DNA of 64,000 nt. Source: Phaeosaccion multiseriatum. Its lineage: Eukaryota; Protista; Ochrophyta, other classes. The stretch's first letter is position 1. Each line of letters opens with the position of its first letter. Positions 40,401 to 54,200 of the stretch are shown here, in pieces. A model generated the notes under the pieces. That model was not told the origin of the DNA. It saw nothing but the letters and a program-made list of their open reading frames with translations, and did no database searches. Both the position numbers and the translations under genes were made by a program. Location of the stretch: positions 1-64,000 of the forward strand of contig OZ218950.1 in NCBI GenBank assembly GCA_965112735.1. The letters run 5' to 3'.

Positions 40401-41953
40401 TTCAGCAGCGCAGCAAGGGCATTGCCGTCTTCATCGTCACCAGCCCGCGCTCCCCCTCCCCCACCCACCACGAGAGAAGCTGTAGCAGTGGCACTTTCAT
40501 CCCCGAGACCCCTGCCTGCCCATATGCTTGTGTCGGACGCGGGAGGGTGTCCGTGCCGCTGTGCTCCTGCAAAGCTGTGCTGTGCCGCCCCATTGCCCCT
40601 TACTGCCGCAGCGCCAGTCATATACCCTCCCTCAACGCCCTCCTTTTCGTCCTCATCGTCGTCCTCCTCCAGCGGCTCCTCTGCCCCCTCCCTCGTCTGC
40701 GCGAAATGAGGATATGGCACTGATGACTGCGCTTTCGAGTGAGCGACGGACGGTGCGTTTGACGGATCTTTCTCTTGTCCACTCTTTCCTCCTCCTACCG
40801 CCCCCCCCCCTCCCCCTGCTCCTGTCGCCGGTGCCGATGTCCGCGGGGTCGCTACCCCGACGCCTTTCGTCTCCGGGGCGATGTACACGGCCCCCTTGGG
40901 CTCGGGCCACACGGCGAGTCGATCGTCCTGCTCGTCGAAGGTGGCCAGCGCTTCGTTGAGCTCGAAGGACGACAGGCCGCCCCCGGGCAGGCCTGCAGAG
41001 AGCTTGGAAGCAAGAGACGAGCGGGGCACCTGCTCGTACACACAGCACACACACAGCACATACACGTACACCGCAGGGCGGGGCACGCAGGATGAAGATT
41101 GAGGGGTGATGAGGACAGCGCTTGGAGGGTGCCATGCGGCTCCATGTTGTCTTTCCTTCCCTGTCTCTCTTACCTGAGCCTCGACTGCTCTCTGTGCGTC
41201 GACCCGTCCCGTGAGTACGGCCCCCTCGAGCTCCGCGGTATCTCCGGAGTCTCCCTCGGAGAAGTACGACAGTCCCTGCTGCTGCTGATGCTGCGGTTGT
41301 GCCACCAAGTGCTCCTCCTCCTCCTCCTGCTGCTGCTGCTGCTGCTGCTGCTGGTGGTGGTGATCCTCCTGCTGCTGTGGCTGTGTCACCAACTTGGACA
41401 CGAAGGTGGCCGGGTCCAATCGCAGCTCCAGCGACACGTGCAGGCGACCCGCAGTCTTGTGCGTGTGCGTGTCCAGCACGGGGAAGAAGCCGTCCACGAG
41501 CAGCCCCCCGCCCCGGAAACCGCTGCCTCTGCCCCCCTCGGGCAGCTGGATAACGCACCGCCCCACCTGCTTACTCGAGCCGTCTCCGGCCAAGATGTCC
41601 AGCGCAATGTGACCCTACAAGACGGTCACAAGGCAGGCAAGGCGGCCAAAGGGAGGAGGGAGGAGGGAAAGGAACGCGATGATGGGCAGAGAGGGGTGGG
41701 GGGCGGACGAGAGGGGTGAAAAACAGTCAGTTCAGTCAGTTGGCGGTGCTATCAATGTCGACGCTCCGGAAGCTGCGCACGCGTAAGCCCAAAAGTCAGC
41801 GTGGAGCTTTGTCTCCTCCTGAGCCCCCCCCCCCCCCCACCCCCTCAGCCCCTTGCCCCTGCGTGTAGACAACGCACCATGTCCTCCAGGTAGGCAAACA
41901 GCCCGTCAGCGTCGCTCCGCACAGGGAACGCTGCTGCACTGGCGGTTGCCCCC

Positions 41954-41985
<32 letters not shown>

Positions 41986-42285
41986 GTCTGCCTCCTGCTG
42001 CTGGCCCGCCTCCTGCTGTTTTGGCCAGAGCAAGGTGCCCTCCCCCGCTTCTCCCCACCACAGAACCCTCACGACGAGGGCGTGGTCCTGCTTTTGCGAG
42101 GCAGTGGCGGCGCCGTTCCCCGCCCCTGAACCTCCTCCGCTCCTCCCTCGGGCGAGCCTGCCGCGCAGAGGAGACTTGCCCATGGTCCCGGGTTGGGCCA
42201 CGAGCTCGCTGGTACACAGATGTACTTCTGCCTGAATGTTCCCCGCCACCATGGGCGGTAGAGAGGTAGCTGCCACCCGCACCAT
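30975..42285 (-). CDS. C2CD3-like centriolar C2-domain protein; multi-exon, with an IQ motif and poly-E/poly-G tracts
   Basis: The N-terminal LPPMVAG...VRVLWWGE...FAYLEDM, DGFFPVLD...GRLHVSLEL and C-terminal ETARIARIM segments resemble C2CD3 family termini. C2-like segments LLGFARVPL, VEVTVEQAMHLP...PSTYVTW and IDGWYHV...QGQLKVRV. IQ motif ILQAQWRGFKVRR. Confidence 0.8.
39334..39466. repeat. ~33-bp intronic minisatellite x4
   Basis: CCCAAAGTGACAGACACAGAGCCAAAGAGAAGG variants in tandem within a C2CD3-like intron. Confidence 0.85.
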
Positions 42286-42792
42286 CCTTGCCTGTTCAGG
42301 TTCAGAAATTCAAAAATGCCGTTCCACTCGCCCCTGCCTGCGTTCAGACTGCCCCTCTCGTTTAGGGCCGGCTCCCAGATGTGACGTCCAAGCCATGGTA
42401 CCTGGCTTTGCGTCCGCACATGTTCGGCTATGCTCTCCTGCCGCCGCTATTGCTTTGCTCCCCTCCCTCCCCTCCTCTCCCCCTTTTTCGCCTCCCTTCT
42501 CACTCTTTGATGCTGCTGCTGATCCGCCGCTGTGAAAAATTGACGCCAGAATAGCAGAAGCACTGCTCTGTGGTCACAATGGCATTGCCCTGCCGTTATC
42601 TGACACTCGTGCTGTCCCTCCTCCCCGTCCGGTACCTACACAAGCTTCCGATCGCGAGCCCAACTGTGAATTTTGGTATCAATTTCAGCTCATTCTCCCT
42701 TCTTTACCAATCCCAACCGCCTATTGTATCGATCCTCCCTGCTTCCCTCCTGAAATTGAGATTGATCAGAGGACAAGGCTGTCGAGGAGGAC

Positions 42793-44486
42793 ATGTCGGC
42801 GAGGGCCAGGAGGGCTGCTTTGCAGGCTGCTGCAAAGGCGGGTGGAGAGGGGAAGGCCCCAGCCTCCCAGCAGCAGGGACAGGGTGGGAAGGACAAATGT
42901 TCTGCCAAGAGGGCTTTAGCGGCCCCACCGCCTCCCGCTGCTTCTTCTGCTACTAAGCGAGCGCGCACTGGAAAGGGGGGGGGGGGCACCGCATCTACTG
43001 GGCCAACTTCGAAGGCCCCCGGATCAGAAGCAGGAGGAGGCAAAGGAAAGGGGAAGGGGGCGATAGCAGGGCGAAGACAGAGAGGTGCCGTGGCGCCAAC
43101 AACAACGTCAGCAAAAGCAGTAGCAACAGCAGCAGCACGGGCGCCTTCCGGCAGAAAGGATGGGCGGCAGGGCAGGGAGAGCAAAGCCGACATGGCCGCC
43201 CTAAACGAGGCACGCAAGGAACTTGCCGCGCTCACGGGGTCTCCCGCTGTCGACGACGACATGATGCGGGAAAGTGTGCCAATGAATGCGCAATCCCGCC
43301 GGAAGAGTAAGCCGCAGCAGAAGCAGCAGGAGGGGGTGGGGGGGGCTGTGGAGGAGGAGCAGAGGGAGAGAAGTCTGCTTGAGGCGATGTTCGAAGAGCT
43401 CGAGAGTGCCATTTGCATCTTCCGCCAGAGGCGACATGCTTGCCTCTTTGCGTCTCGCCTCAAGCCTGCCGTAGAGATCGCCCTAGCGCGGCGCTTCGGA
43501 GATGAGCACCTGTCCCGCATCACGGGTGTGTTTCCGGCTGCGTACAAGCTGTCATGGGTGGAGACGGCTCCTGCCGCGGGGAAGGGGACGGCAACGACCG
43601 GAGGCGCCTTTGATATTCTCGTCGAGATGCGAGACCTTGCGCCGGTGGAGCAGAGCAGCAGTAGTACAAATAGTAGTAGCAGCAACGGGGCGGATGGTGG
43701 AGGCGGGGCCGGAGAGCCGGGGGGGGGGGGGGCTCCTGCCAAGGGAGTGGTGGGCACTCGACGGCGGCGCTTCAGCAGTCTCTTGAAGGAGGCCTCCCGC
43801 AAGCACTGCACCTGCACAACAAGACAAGGACAAAGGGAATCCAAAGGCAAGGGCACGGCCAGCGGCGCCGGGGGTGGCGGCGACGAGGTGTGCCAAGACG
43901 GGTCCTGCTTACCTTTGGCGCCGCTGCCCCTGCCCCCCGCCCCCAAGCAGCAGGAGAGGCCAAGGACGAAGCAATCTCCGGCAGTAACGGGAGGGGGGGG
44001 GGCACCGCTGTATCACCTACTGGTGGGCGTGTTGGTGGTATGGCGGGTCTGCGGGAGAGGCTGCGGGCCAGAGAGGCTCGAGAAAAGAGCAAGAGCGAGC
44101 GCAGCGAAGCAGAGGTGGAGGAGGAGCTCAATAGGCAGGCAGACCTGGTGGGGCTAGCAGATATGGTGAGGCTGTACTTCAGAGCAGGCCCCACCTCTAA
44201 TGTGGGGACAGGAGGCAGCGCTGTGTTGGACACGCTGGCGACGGACCTGGCCCGCACGAGCAGGGCTCCTTCGAGCAGAGAACACATGAGGGGCCGCTTG
44301 GAGAGGCTGTGTGCAGTGGTGCCCGACTGGTGCTGCATCACACAGAGTGGAGCGGTTGGTGGTACACCAGGAGGGGGAGGGGCGGGGCGCCCTGAGTCGT
44401 CTGCTGCCATCTTCTCCCTGCAGCGCAGTGTGGACTACAAGGCCATACGAGAGATGATCCACTTTATGGTGCAGGGCACTTGCTGA
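42793..44486 (+). CDS. CDT1-like DNA replication licensing factor; apparent frameshift at the G10 run 43993-44002
   Basis: FEELESAICIFRQRR...LKPAVE...RRFGDEHLSRI...P (geminin-binding winged-helix-like), RRRRFSSLL and LAPLP lie in one frame. LRERLRARE, LADMVRLYF and LERLCAVVPDWC (CDT1_C-like) lie in another frame after the G run. Confidence 0.75.
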
Positions 44487-44830
44487 CAGGGGGCACACGG
44501 AGAGAGAGGGAGAGAGGGGGACATAGTGGGAAGCAAACACAACACACACACACAATAAATATATATATAGAGAGAGAGAGGCGGCACCCAAGCAAGGCGG
44601 CGCTCACTGTGTTTGGCAATCATCAGAATTCTGATCAGAGAGAGCGTTTGTTCTCTCTCTCTCCCTACGGCTGCTCCTGCTGCTTCTACAAGGGAAGCTT
44701 GACGTGGCCGCCTGAAGGAGCCGCCCCTCAGTAGCTGCCCCTCCCCTTCCGACCTTCCTGCCGCCCGCCTCAGCCAAGGCCGACGGCGTCCTCTGCCCTA
44801 CGCTAAGCTACGCTACGCTACGCTACTGCC

Positions 44831-45825
44831 TCAGCCAACGGAGTCCTCTCTCCTGAGGTAGTTGGCCTGCTGCAACTTCTCTGCTGCCGCCACCACCTGC
44901 CATACCATTGCGTAGCAGTCGACGATGGAAAGAGTGACAGGAATCGTGACAGAGCCGAGAAGCAGAGCGCGGGAAAGACAGTTAGCGGCAGTGGAGCCCC
45001 CGTTCGGACTTGGTCGACTTGTTGCGAGATTAGAGACAGAAAGCCCGCACATACCCACTCCCTCCCTTCCCCCATCCACTGCCATCCCCTCCCCCCCTCC
45101 CTGCCCACCTTGGTGATATCCCCCCCGAGCTGCTGCGTGTCTCGCATGTGCCCGATCTGCTCGAGAGTGCACCAATCCACCGCCGCTGCGTCGTCCCCCG
45201 CCACCGCCTCGGCCCCCTCCACCGCCCACCCGAACACATGCGAGATGACGTAGTGGAACTTCACGTCGCCATCCCCTCTTCCCTCTTCTTCTCCTTCTCC
45301 TCGATGGCAGTAGATGGCATCACTTGACATGAAGGGTGTGGGCACGAGGGGGCAGGCCAGGCCGGTCTCCTCCCGGAGCTCTCTCGCCGCAGCCTCGATT
45401 GTGGGCTCTCCCAAGTCGATGGACCCCCCCGGTAGGCTCCACATCCCCTTGGCGGGAGCCTTGCCTCTCTGCACTAGCAGGTACTGATTGGAGGCGCTGG
45501 TGGCACACGGCCTGCAGATGACGAGGGAGACTGCCGCGCAGGGGGCCAGTGGGGAAACTGTCCTTGCCTGCGGTGCACTGCTGCTATTCCTAGTACTGCT
45601 ACTGCTGCTTCTGATGGTGGTCGTGGTGGCAGTGCTGCTGCTCCTCCTCCTCCCCCGTGAGGGAGGAGTCACCTCGGGGTGTGTATGACTGCACCAACTC
45701 CGCGGCCCTGTCACAAACCCTGCCTTCGCCACGCGCGTATGGTGGAGAGCTGCCGCAGCGACGCTTGATCCAGGCAAGTGCAAGTTGTGTGTGCTGGACA
45801 GGAGCAGCACGGCTGCGCCTCGCAT
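44831..45825 (-). CDS. Nudix hydrolase; 2 exons
   Basis: Nudix box [28 protein letters not shown], plus [15 protein letters not shown] and [10 protein letters not shown]. Intron ~44897-45108. Confidence 0.93.
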
Positions 45826-46255
45826 TCTCGTTCCCTTTTCCCTCCCTCTCTAGATCTTCTCCTCTTTTCTTTTTTCTTAAGGAGGGGGAGAGGGGAGGGG
45901 AGTGGTAGAATGTACGTGGGGGGATGGGCGCGGGAAGGTGAGAGCGGATAGAGGAGACACTGAGGATAGAGATAGAGAGAGGGCGGAGGAGGAAGAACAA
46001 AGAGGGAGATGATTCCGGGAGATTGAGGCAAACTCGCATCCTCGCGTGTTGGTTCTCTACTAGATTAGGAAACGCCTCGAGCAAAATCAAAAAGCTGCAC
46101 CACCCCCACCAAGGAGGTGGATGACCTCCCTGCCTACTTCATGGAGAAAATGTCGTCGCCGGTTGATCCCAGAGGATGGCGGTGAATCGAGATCCCCCCT
46201 GCTGAGCCCCAGGCTCGTCGAAGCAGCGGGACAAAACTAATAGCCAGGGAAGCGG

Positions 46256-47209
46256 ATGAACATGACGAGCAATGAGGGCGAGAGCGTGCGTGTGGCGGTC
46301 CGCGTGCGCCCCGAGGAGGGAATCGAAGGAGATTTCGAGAAGGCCAAGGAGAGGGGAATCACGGACCTGTCGGGGTGCTGTGTGTACCGCAGAGATGAGG
46401 GCAGGGTCACAGTCATGGAGAGCGCTGACACCGACAGGGGCACCAGGGGAGGAGGAGGAGGAGCCATGGCGCATGACTTCAGGTACTGTCTGGAGGTCCT
46501 GCATGGCTGTTGGTCGCACATGGTGTAGTAGTGATGGGCCTCTCTGGTACATACCCAACTGGGGTGTATATGGGTGTGAAGGCCGCTTTGGATAGTTCTG
46601 GAGGTGGGGGGGGGCTGCGTTTTGCGGTACCCGCCTCTAAGCTTGGTCTCTTCTTTCTCGCCCCTCGCCCCTCGCGGTGTTTGCAGATTCGACCAGGTCT
46701 GGGGCCCCGAGTCCACGCAAGAGGACGTGTTCGAGATGGTGAAGCCCCTCATAAACTCGACCATCGAGGGGTACACCACAACGGTGAGGAGGGGCGAGGG
46801 GGAAAGGGAGGGAGAGAGGAGGAGGAAGGGGCGGGAGGGCGCAGGAGGAGGGAAGGAGGGAGGGTGGGAGGCACGAAGGGAGGGAGGGAGGGAGGAAAGA
46901 CGTCCCCTCAGATGACCTCTTTGCGTCTCTGGCATGGTCCGCCTCGCTTCCCCACCCGCCTTTATCACCGATACGCTCGACGTCAATGTCAATGTCGACA
47001 TATATCTTCATCATTCCTCACTGTCTCCCCTCTTCTCCTCTCGTCCAAGGTCTTTGCCTACGGGTCTACGGGGTCCGGCAAGACACACACCATCAGCGGC
47101 GACAGAGACTCGGAGGGAATTTTGCCCCGCACCGTGGAACTGCTCTTCTCCAGACTCGCCAACGACACGGCAAGCAGCACGGAGAGTGCGTACATGGTGA
47201 GCAGGCTTA

Positions 47210-47245
<36 letters not shown>

Positions 47246-48150
47246 GTACCCAATGCGAGGGAGGGAGGGAGGGAGGGAGGGAGGGAGGGAGGGAGGGAGG
47301 GAGGGTGTGCGTTCGTGTGCCTCTCCACGCTCTCTCTCTCTCTCTTCTGTCCACCCTCCGGGCTAGTGGTATCTGTAGTCTGTAAGCGGTAGGCGACCCT
47401 CTTCTCTCACCGCTGTCGCCTATCTCCCCTCCCCTCTCTCTGCTTTTCTGCAGGTGTTCCTGACGTACGTGGAGATCTACAACAACAACTTTGTGAACCT
47501 GCTCAAAGGCTCTGCCACGGCTGCAGCGGCCGCCGGTCAGCACAGCCGAGCCTCCTCGTCGGTCCCCAACGACAGAGGAGGAGAGGGACCTCCCGCTGGA
47601 GACAGAGACAGAGAAAGCGGTGGGGGCATGGGCAGCGGCACCAGCGCCACCAGGGGCGGCAAGGAGCCCAAGATTGAGATCCGTGAGTGCGCAAATCGAG
47701 GCGTGCACCTGTCGGGCGGGGGCACCATGCTGCGTGTGCCCGTGACCAGCGCGAGCATGGTGATGGAGTTAGTGCGGCACGGCATGGCCACACGCAGCAC
47801 TGCGGCCACCAAGCTCAACGACCGCAGCAGCCGCAGCCACGCCATACTCACACTGGAGATTGAGGCCAACGAGAACGTCGTGCCGCAGGTACACTGATGG
47901 AGGTGTATGGGCATGGGCATTGATAGAGGTGTATGGGTTGAGCCTGTTTGTCAGAGGCCCGCCCTGTAGTGGCCGGTGTGGTGCCCTGCCTTGCCTTGCT
48001 CTCCCTTGGTAGCGAGTACGCACATGCCATGCCGTGTTCGCCTCGCCCTGTGTCCTGTATCTCGCCCTGTCGCCCCCCTCACCCGCACTCACACACACAC
48101 GCAAACGCACTTTCTCACACACGCGCACGCACACACACACACGCACACCC

Positions 48151-48206
<56 letters not shown>

Positions 48207-51200
48207 AACGTCCGGCGGCGCGGGCGGCGCTCTTCCATGGTGGACTTTGTGCGCATGGGAAAGATCCAAATCATTGACTTAGCGGGATCGGAGAGAGTGA
48301 CCATGAGCGGGGCGGAGGGGGAGGCCCTCACAGAGGCCTCCAACATCAATTTGAGTTTGAGCTTGTTGGGGGATGTCCTCAGCGCTCTCAGCAAGTACTA
48401 CCGCTCACTGGCCAAGAGCAGCGGCAGTGGTGGGGGTGGGGCGGAGAGGCCCTTTGTGCCTTACCGCAATTCCAAACTCACGCACCTGCTCAAGGACTCT
48501 CTGGGCGGCAACTGCAAGACGCTCATGATCACCACGGTCAGGGCAAGCCCCTCCTTCTACCAACAGACCATGATGAGTCTGCGGTACGCGGGCCGTGCCA
48601 GAGACATTAAGAACGTTCCACACAGGGTTGTGGAGGCGGCGGCCGTGGGGCCCCGGGGTGGAGGCGGACCCGGGGGGGGCGGACCCGGGGGACAGTCTCT
48701 GCGGAGCACGGTTGTGGAGATCGAGAGGCTGAAGGAACAGCTAGTGGCACGGACAGCGCAGTTCGAGCGGCTCAAGCAGGTAGGGGAGGGGAGGGGAGGG
48801 GAGGGGCGCTTTCCCGTCTTTCTTCGCTGTCTGCTCCGCGTCCTGTCTGTCCCACCGTGCCCTCTCTGTGTCCTCTCTCTGTTTCACCGTCTGCTCAGTC
48901 CTGCCACATCTGCACTCACGAAGAGCCAAAGAGCCTACCAACCAGCTCCCCCCCCCCCCCGACACCAAGTACGGACGCACGATTGAAAGACAGGCCAGCG
49001 TGCTCCTCTCGCAGCACCTGTTGAGCTCCTCTGACGCCTCCTCATGTGTGTGGGTGTGTATATGTGGATTTGGGTGAATGCGTGGGTGGATGCATGTGTG
49101 TGTGTGTGCGTGCCTGGGCCCTTAGGCTGCCACGTCGGGGTCGTCAGAGAAGGTGCAGCTCAAGTCACAGCTGGCAGAGCTGCAGAGAAAGAACAGGTAT
49201 GGCATAGAGCCATCAGCTGCCATCCGCCTTCCTACCTACCTTCACCTACCTGTCTGCCTCCCTCCCTTACTCCTTACTTACGTACCTACGTAACAAGGTC
49301 CGAGAAGGAGGAGATGGACAAGCTGCTGCGCTCTGTCATACACAGCCAGAAGGGAGAGCTCGAGAAGCACAAGTCGCACTTCGGAGAGTTACAGAGCACA
49401 CTGGACGGTTACACTGAGCAAATCGAGCAGCAGAGGGCGCAGATCACCAACTTGCGAGGGGAGAGGGAGGAGGCGAGGCAGCAGCTCGACGAGGCACTCG
49501 GCAAGGCGGATTGGCTCCAGGTAGGGGGAGGGAGGGAGGGAGGGAGAGAGAGAGGGAGGGAGGGAGGGAGAGAGGACGGGTAAGGCACATACCACACACA
49601 TACGTGATCTTAAGTGTGTGCTCTGCACTTCGGGTTGGAGGCAGGCACATGGGTAAATCGGATCGGAGAGGCATGCTTTTCTGTAACGGCTTTCCTGTGA
49701 CCACTCGTCTGCGTATCACCACCTCTCGCAGGAGGAGCTGGACGGTGCCGTGATGAAGAGTCGCCACTTGGAGCAGGAGCTCAACAGCACTCTCACCGCC
49801 AACACGCAACTGCTGGCCGAGAACGAGCAGGTGGGGCACTGGACAGGAGGGAAGCCATCTTGTCTATCAGTGTCTGTCGCACCGCACGGCGGGGGGGCAC
49901 GGGCAGCACACGCCACCCGCTTCTCTCTCTACTCTGCCATTCCTTCCTCCTTGCTCCTTGACCCCCCTGCCATTCCTTCCTCCTTGCTCCTTGCCCCTCA
50001 CTTGTCACTCACTCCTCGTTACATTATCTCCCCACTCCTTCCTCCTGCTCCGCTCACTCGCTGCTTTCCTGCCTCAGCTTCGAGTGGAAAAGGCCAGCCT
50101 GGAGGACGAAGTATCCAAGGCTCGGGGGGGGGGAGGGGGGGTGTCAGGACACGGGGGCGGGGGTAAGACCTCCTCCAGGAGGGGCTCGCAACTCTCCTCC
50201 TCGGGCGGCGGAGAGGCAGGAGGGGAAAGAGGGGGGAGGAGGAGGGGCCGACGCAGTTGACCTGGACACGTACCGTAAGGCAGTGAAAAAGATGGCCAAG
50301 GAGAGGGAGCGGATGAAGGCGGACCTCAAGCAGTTGGTGATACAGCAGCAGGCGTGGGAGGACGACAAGGCGCGGGAGATGCAGCAGCTGCGTGACTCTC
50401 TGCAGGAGGAGAGGAGCAGGGAGGCCAAAGTGGAGAAGGAGCGGCAGGTCCGTGACGAGGTGTGCCACGTCAGTGCTGTCCTGACGCCCTCAATGTTGCC
50501 CTCCTCTGACCCCCTCTCTTTCTCTGTCCTGACACCCTCCATCCTGGCAGGTGGAGCTGGAGAAGGAGCTTGCGGGTCTGCGGCAGGGGGCCGACAAGAA
50601 GGAGGAAGAGGCGGAGGAGGCGAGAAAGGAGAGAGACAGGCTCTTGGAGACCGTGTCGGGGCTGGAGGAGGAGCTGCACACCCTAGAGCTGGAGGGAGGC
50701 GTGGTGAGGGAGGAGATCGCCAGGGACAGAGCCGTGTTCGACAAGGCGCAGGTATGATGTATGCCACACTACCTCGCTTACGGACGTACTGACTTACGGA
50801 CTTGGTGACTTACGGACTTACTGATGTACGGACTTACTGACTTACGGACTTACGGACTTACGGACTTACGGACTTACTGACGTACGGACTTACTGACTTA
50901 CGGACTTACTGACTCACTGACTTACCGACTTACTGACTTACGGACCTACTGACTTACTGACTTACGGACTTACGGACTTACTGACTTACTGACTTACTGA
51001 CTTACGGACTTACGGACTTACGGACCTACGGACTTACTGACTTACTGACTTACTGACTTGGCTCGCCTCGCAGACGGAGCTGCAGGACTACCAAGCGAGG
51101 GTCGTGGGCATGGCGAGGGAGGAGGAGAGAGAGAGAGAGGCGCGCAAGGCAGAGGCACTGAAGCTTGGGGAGAAGGCAGCAAGGTACAAGGCGGAGAGGC

Positions 51201-54200
51201 TCGCGCTGGACACCAGGCTGAGCGAGGTGCAGGTGAGTGAGTCCGTGTGGGAGTGAGTGACTTGACTTTGAGTCTGAGTTTTGAGTTGCAACACCTATAG
51301 GAGTATACTGCCATCGATATCTGGATGTCGATATCAGATGTAGACCTCTTGAATGTTTGTCTCTCCAAGGCGTTTCATGGGGATGGGTTGGGTCAGAAGA
51401 AGCTGAACCTCAACTGATCTGAATTGTACTGGAACTGAAAACTGTGCAGGAGGAGGTGAAGGAGGTGCAGCGTAGAGAGGCGCTGGCGCTGGAGTCGCTC
51501 GAGCGTGCCAAGCAGGAGAGGGAGGAGGCCGAAGGGGAGGCGAGGGGGGAGGGGGAGAGGGCGGAGAGGGCCGAGAGGGAGGCGGAGGAGGCGAGGAGGA
51601 GGTTGGAGGAGGAGGCGAGTGCGAGCCTTGTGCTGAAGGATGGGTTGGAGAGGGAGCTGGCGGGTCTGAGGGACGAGCTCGACATCGTGGGCAAGAGGCT
51701 TGGGGAGGGGAATGTTGCGGTGGACAGGCTGGAGAGGGAAGTTGAGGTGGAGAGGGGGGCGAGGAGGGAGGTGGAGGGGGACGTTCGGAGGCTGCAGGAA
51801 GTGGTCGCCGGGGGGGAGGAGCGCTTGGCAGAGGCGAGGGGACGGGTGGAGCGTTTGGAGGAGGACCTGCAAGAGCAGGGGGAGGAGGAGGCAAGAAGGA
51901 AGGAGAAGGATATGGAGAGGCGCAAGGCCTTGGGGAGGGAGAAGGAGCTTAGGGCTGAGGCGGAGGAGGAGGTGAGTAGGCTCAAGCGGCAGCTGGGGGC
52001 GGAGGGGTCCGAGCTGAAGGTCGAGCTGGCCAGGAGGGAGGCAGAGCTTTCCGGGCAGCTCTCGGCAGAGCGGTTGGCCACCAACAAGGCCAAGGAGGAG
52101 GCGGTGAGGGCCAAGGAGGAGGGGGGCGCGGCGAGAGAGGCGGTGGAGGCGAGTCTGAGAGAGGCAAGGGAGGCAGTGGCAAGGCTCGAGCAAGAGGCGA
52201 GGGAGGAGAAGGAGCAGCGGGGGAGGGTAGAGGCGGAGGTAAAGGCGTTGGAATCCCGCGTTGGCCAGTTGGAGGAGGCTCTCCACGAGGCTGTGACAGA
52301 GGGGCAACGCGGGAAGGACAAAGTGCAGTCACTGTTGGCTCTGCGAGGGGAGGCAGAGGAGGCCCTCAAGCAGGCCAAGGCAACGGAGAGGAGACTCCGA
52401 GAGCAGCTCGGGGAAGAGAAGGAAGGTGAGCGGATGCGTTGGGTGCGTGGGTGCGTGCGTGGGTGGATGCAGAAGGAAGGGGCACGGAGAGGGAGGAGAT
52501 GAGTGACGGGAGGGGAGGGATGGCAGTTGATGGGGAGGGAGGGAGGGAGGGAGTCGTCACGTGTGCGTGTGCTCTGCCTCTGAAAAGATTGCCCTAGTGC
52601 CTCTGCTCGCCTCCTGTTATTCTCACATCGAAATTCTACATCGGCATTCCACATCGATGCCCCCCCCCCTTCCCTCCCCAGGCCGAGAGTTAGCGGAGGC
52701 GGAGGCAAAGCGTGTTGTTAACCGCCTCTCCTCCGCAGAGTCCGAGCTGCTCCAGGCCGAAGCCAAGTGCACGAGCCAAGCGGAGCAACTCGCCGTGTAC
52801 AGGTAAGTGTGTGTGTGGGCGTGTGTGGGTGTGTGTCTGTGGGTGTGGAAGTGGTTGCGTGTGTGTGTGTTTACGTGTCTCACCCTCACGCTCGCCCTGC
52901 TCCTCGTGTGTGGCCGCATCATCATCATCAGCCAAGAGCAGTCGGCTCTGAAGAGAGCAGCGGAGGAGGAGCAATTGGCTCTCAAAGAGGAACAAGCGGC
53001 GCTCAAGAGGACGGGACAAGTCGAGCTGTCGACTCTCAAGAGGGCGACTGAAGAGGCGACAGAGGCAGCAAAGCAAGAAAAGGTGCGGCAGCGTGCAGTG
53101 CGCGGGTGAATATCGATGTCGATGTCGATAGTCTTATCATCGATAGCCAAACTCGATGTCGATGTCGATATTCTTATCATCGATAGCCAAGCTCAAGCTC
53201 CATGTCGAGTTTAAAAAGTTTCCTGCGAGCCCGAGGTGGGCATTGCCTTGCCTTCTTGCTGACCCACCATGGACTACCTTCTTCCTCCCTCCCCTGCTGC
53301 TCTCCTTTTGCTGCACAGGCGAGGCTCGAGGCCTTATCACAAGCGGCGCAGGAGCGAGCTCAAGGGCTGGAGAAGCAGGTGGGCAAAGCACGTGTCTTTG
53401 CTAATTACTGCACATCCAATGTTGGAAACCGCGGATGCCGCCATGCTATCCTCTCTCTCTCTCTCGCTCTCTCCTTCCGCCTTCTGACACCATCTGCGGC
53501 CATGTGTTACCTTCCTTCCTTCCTTCCTTCTTTCCTTCCTTCCTTCCTTCCTTCCTTCCTTCCTTCCTTCCTTCCTTCTTTCCTTCCTTCCTTCCTTCCT
53601 TCCTTTCTTCCTTCCTTCCTTCCTTCCCACAGCTCGAAGAGGCGACGAACAAGCTCCGCGAGGCTGCCGCCGGAGAGGCCGAGGCTCGCGAGGGGCTACA
53701 GCAGCAGTTGGTGATGCACCAGCGCCAATTGGAGAGGGCGGACAAATACAAGGCCAAGGGACTCAAGCTACAGGGGGAGCTTCAGCAGCAGCAGTTGGTG
53801 ATACAGCAGCAACAGGAGGAGAAAAGCAGGCTGGAGCAGGAACGGGCGGAGGGGCTCGCCACAGAGCAGCGGCTGCAGGTGCGTGCGTGCATGGGTGGGG
53901 CAGTTGGTGATACAGCGGCGAAGGAAGGGCTGGGGCTGGATGGCTGAGGAAGAGTTGGGGGGGGGGGGGGGTGTACTGAAGAGATTTAGTGTCTACCTCT
54001 CACACGCACACAACACACACAGGCATCTGCCCTTGCGCTGGAGGAGCGAGTGGCGGCACTGGGGGCGGCCCTGACAGAGGCTGCGCAGGGACAGGAGGAG
54101 CAGCAGAGACAGCAAGTGGCGCAGTTGGAGCAGTGGGAGCAGCAGGGCCAGCAAGTCGTCAAGCTGCAGAGGGCCGTGGAGGAGGCGAGGGAGGGCAGGG

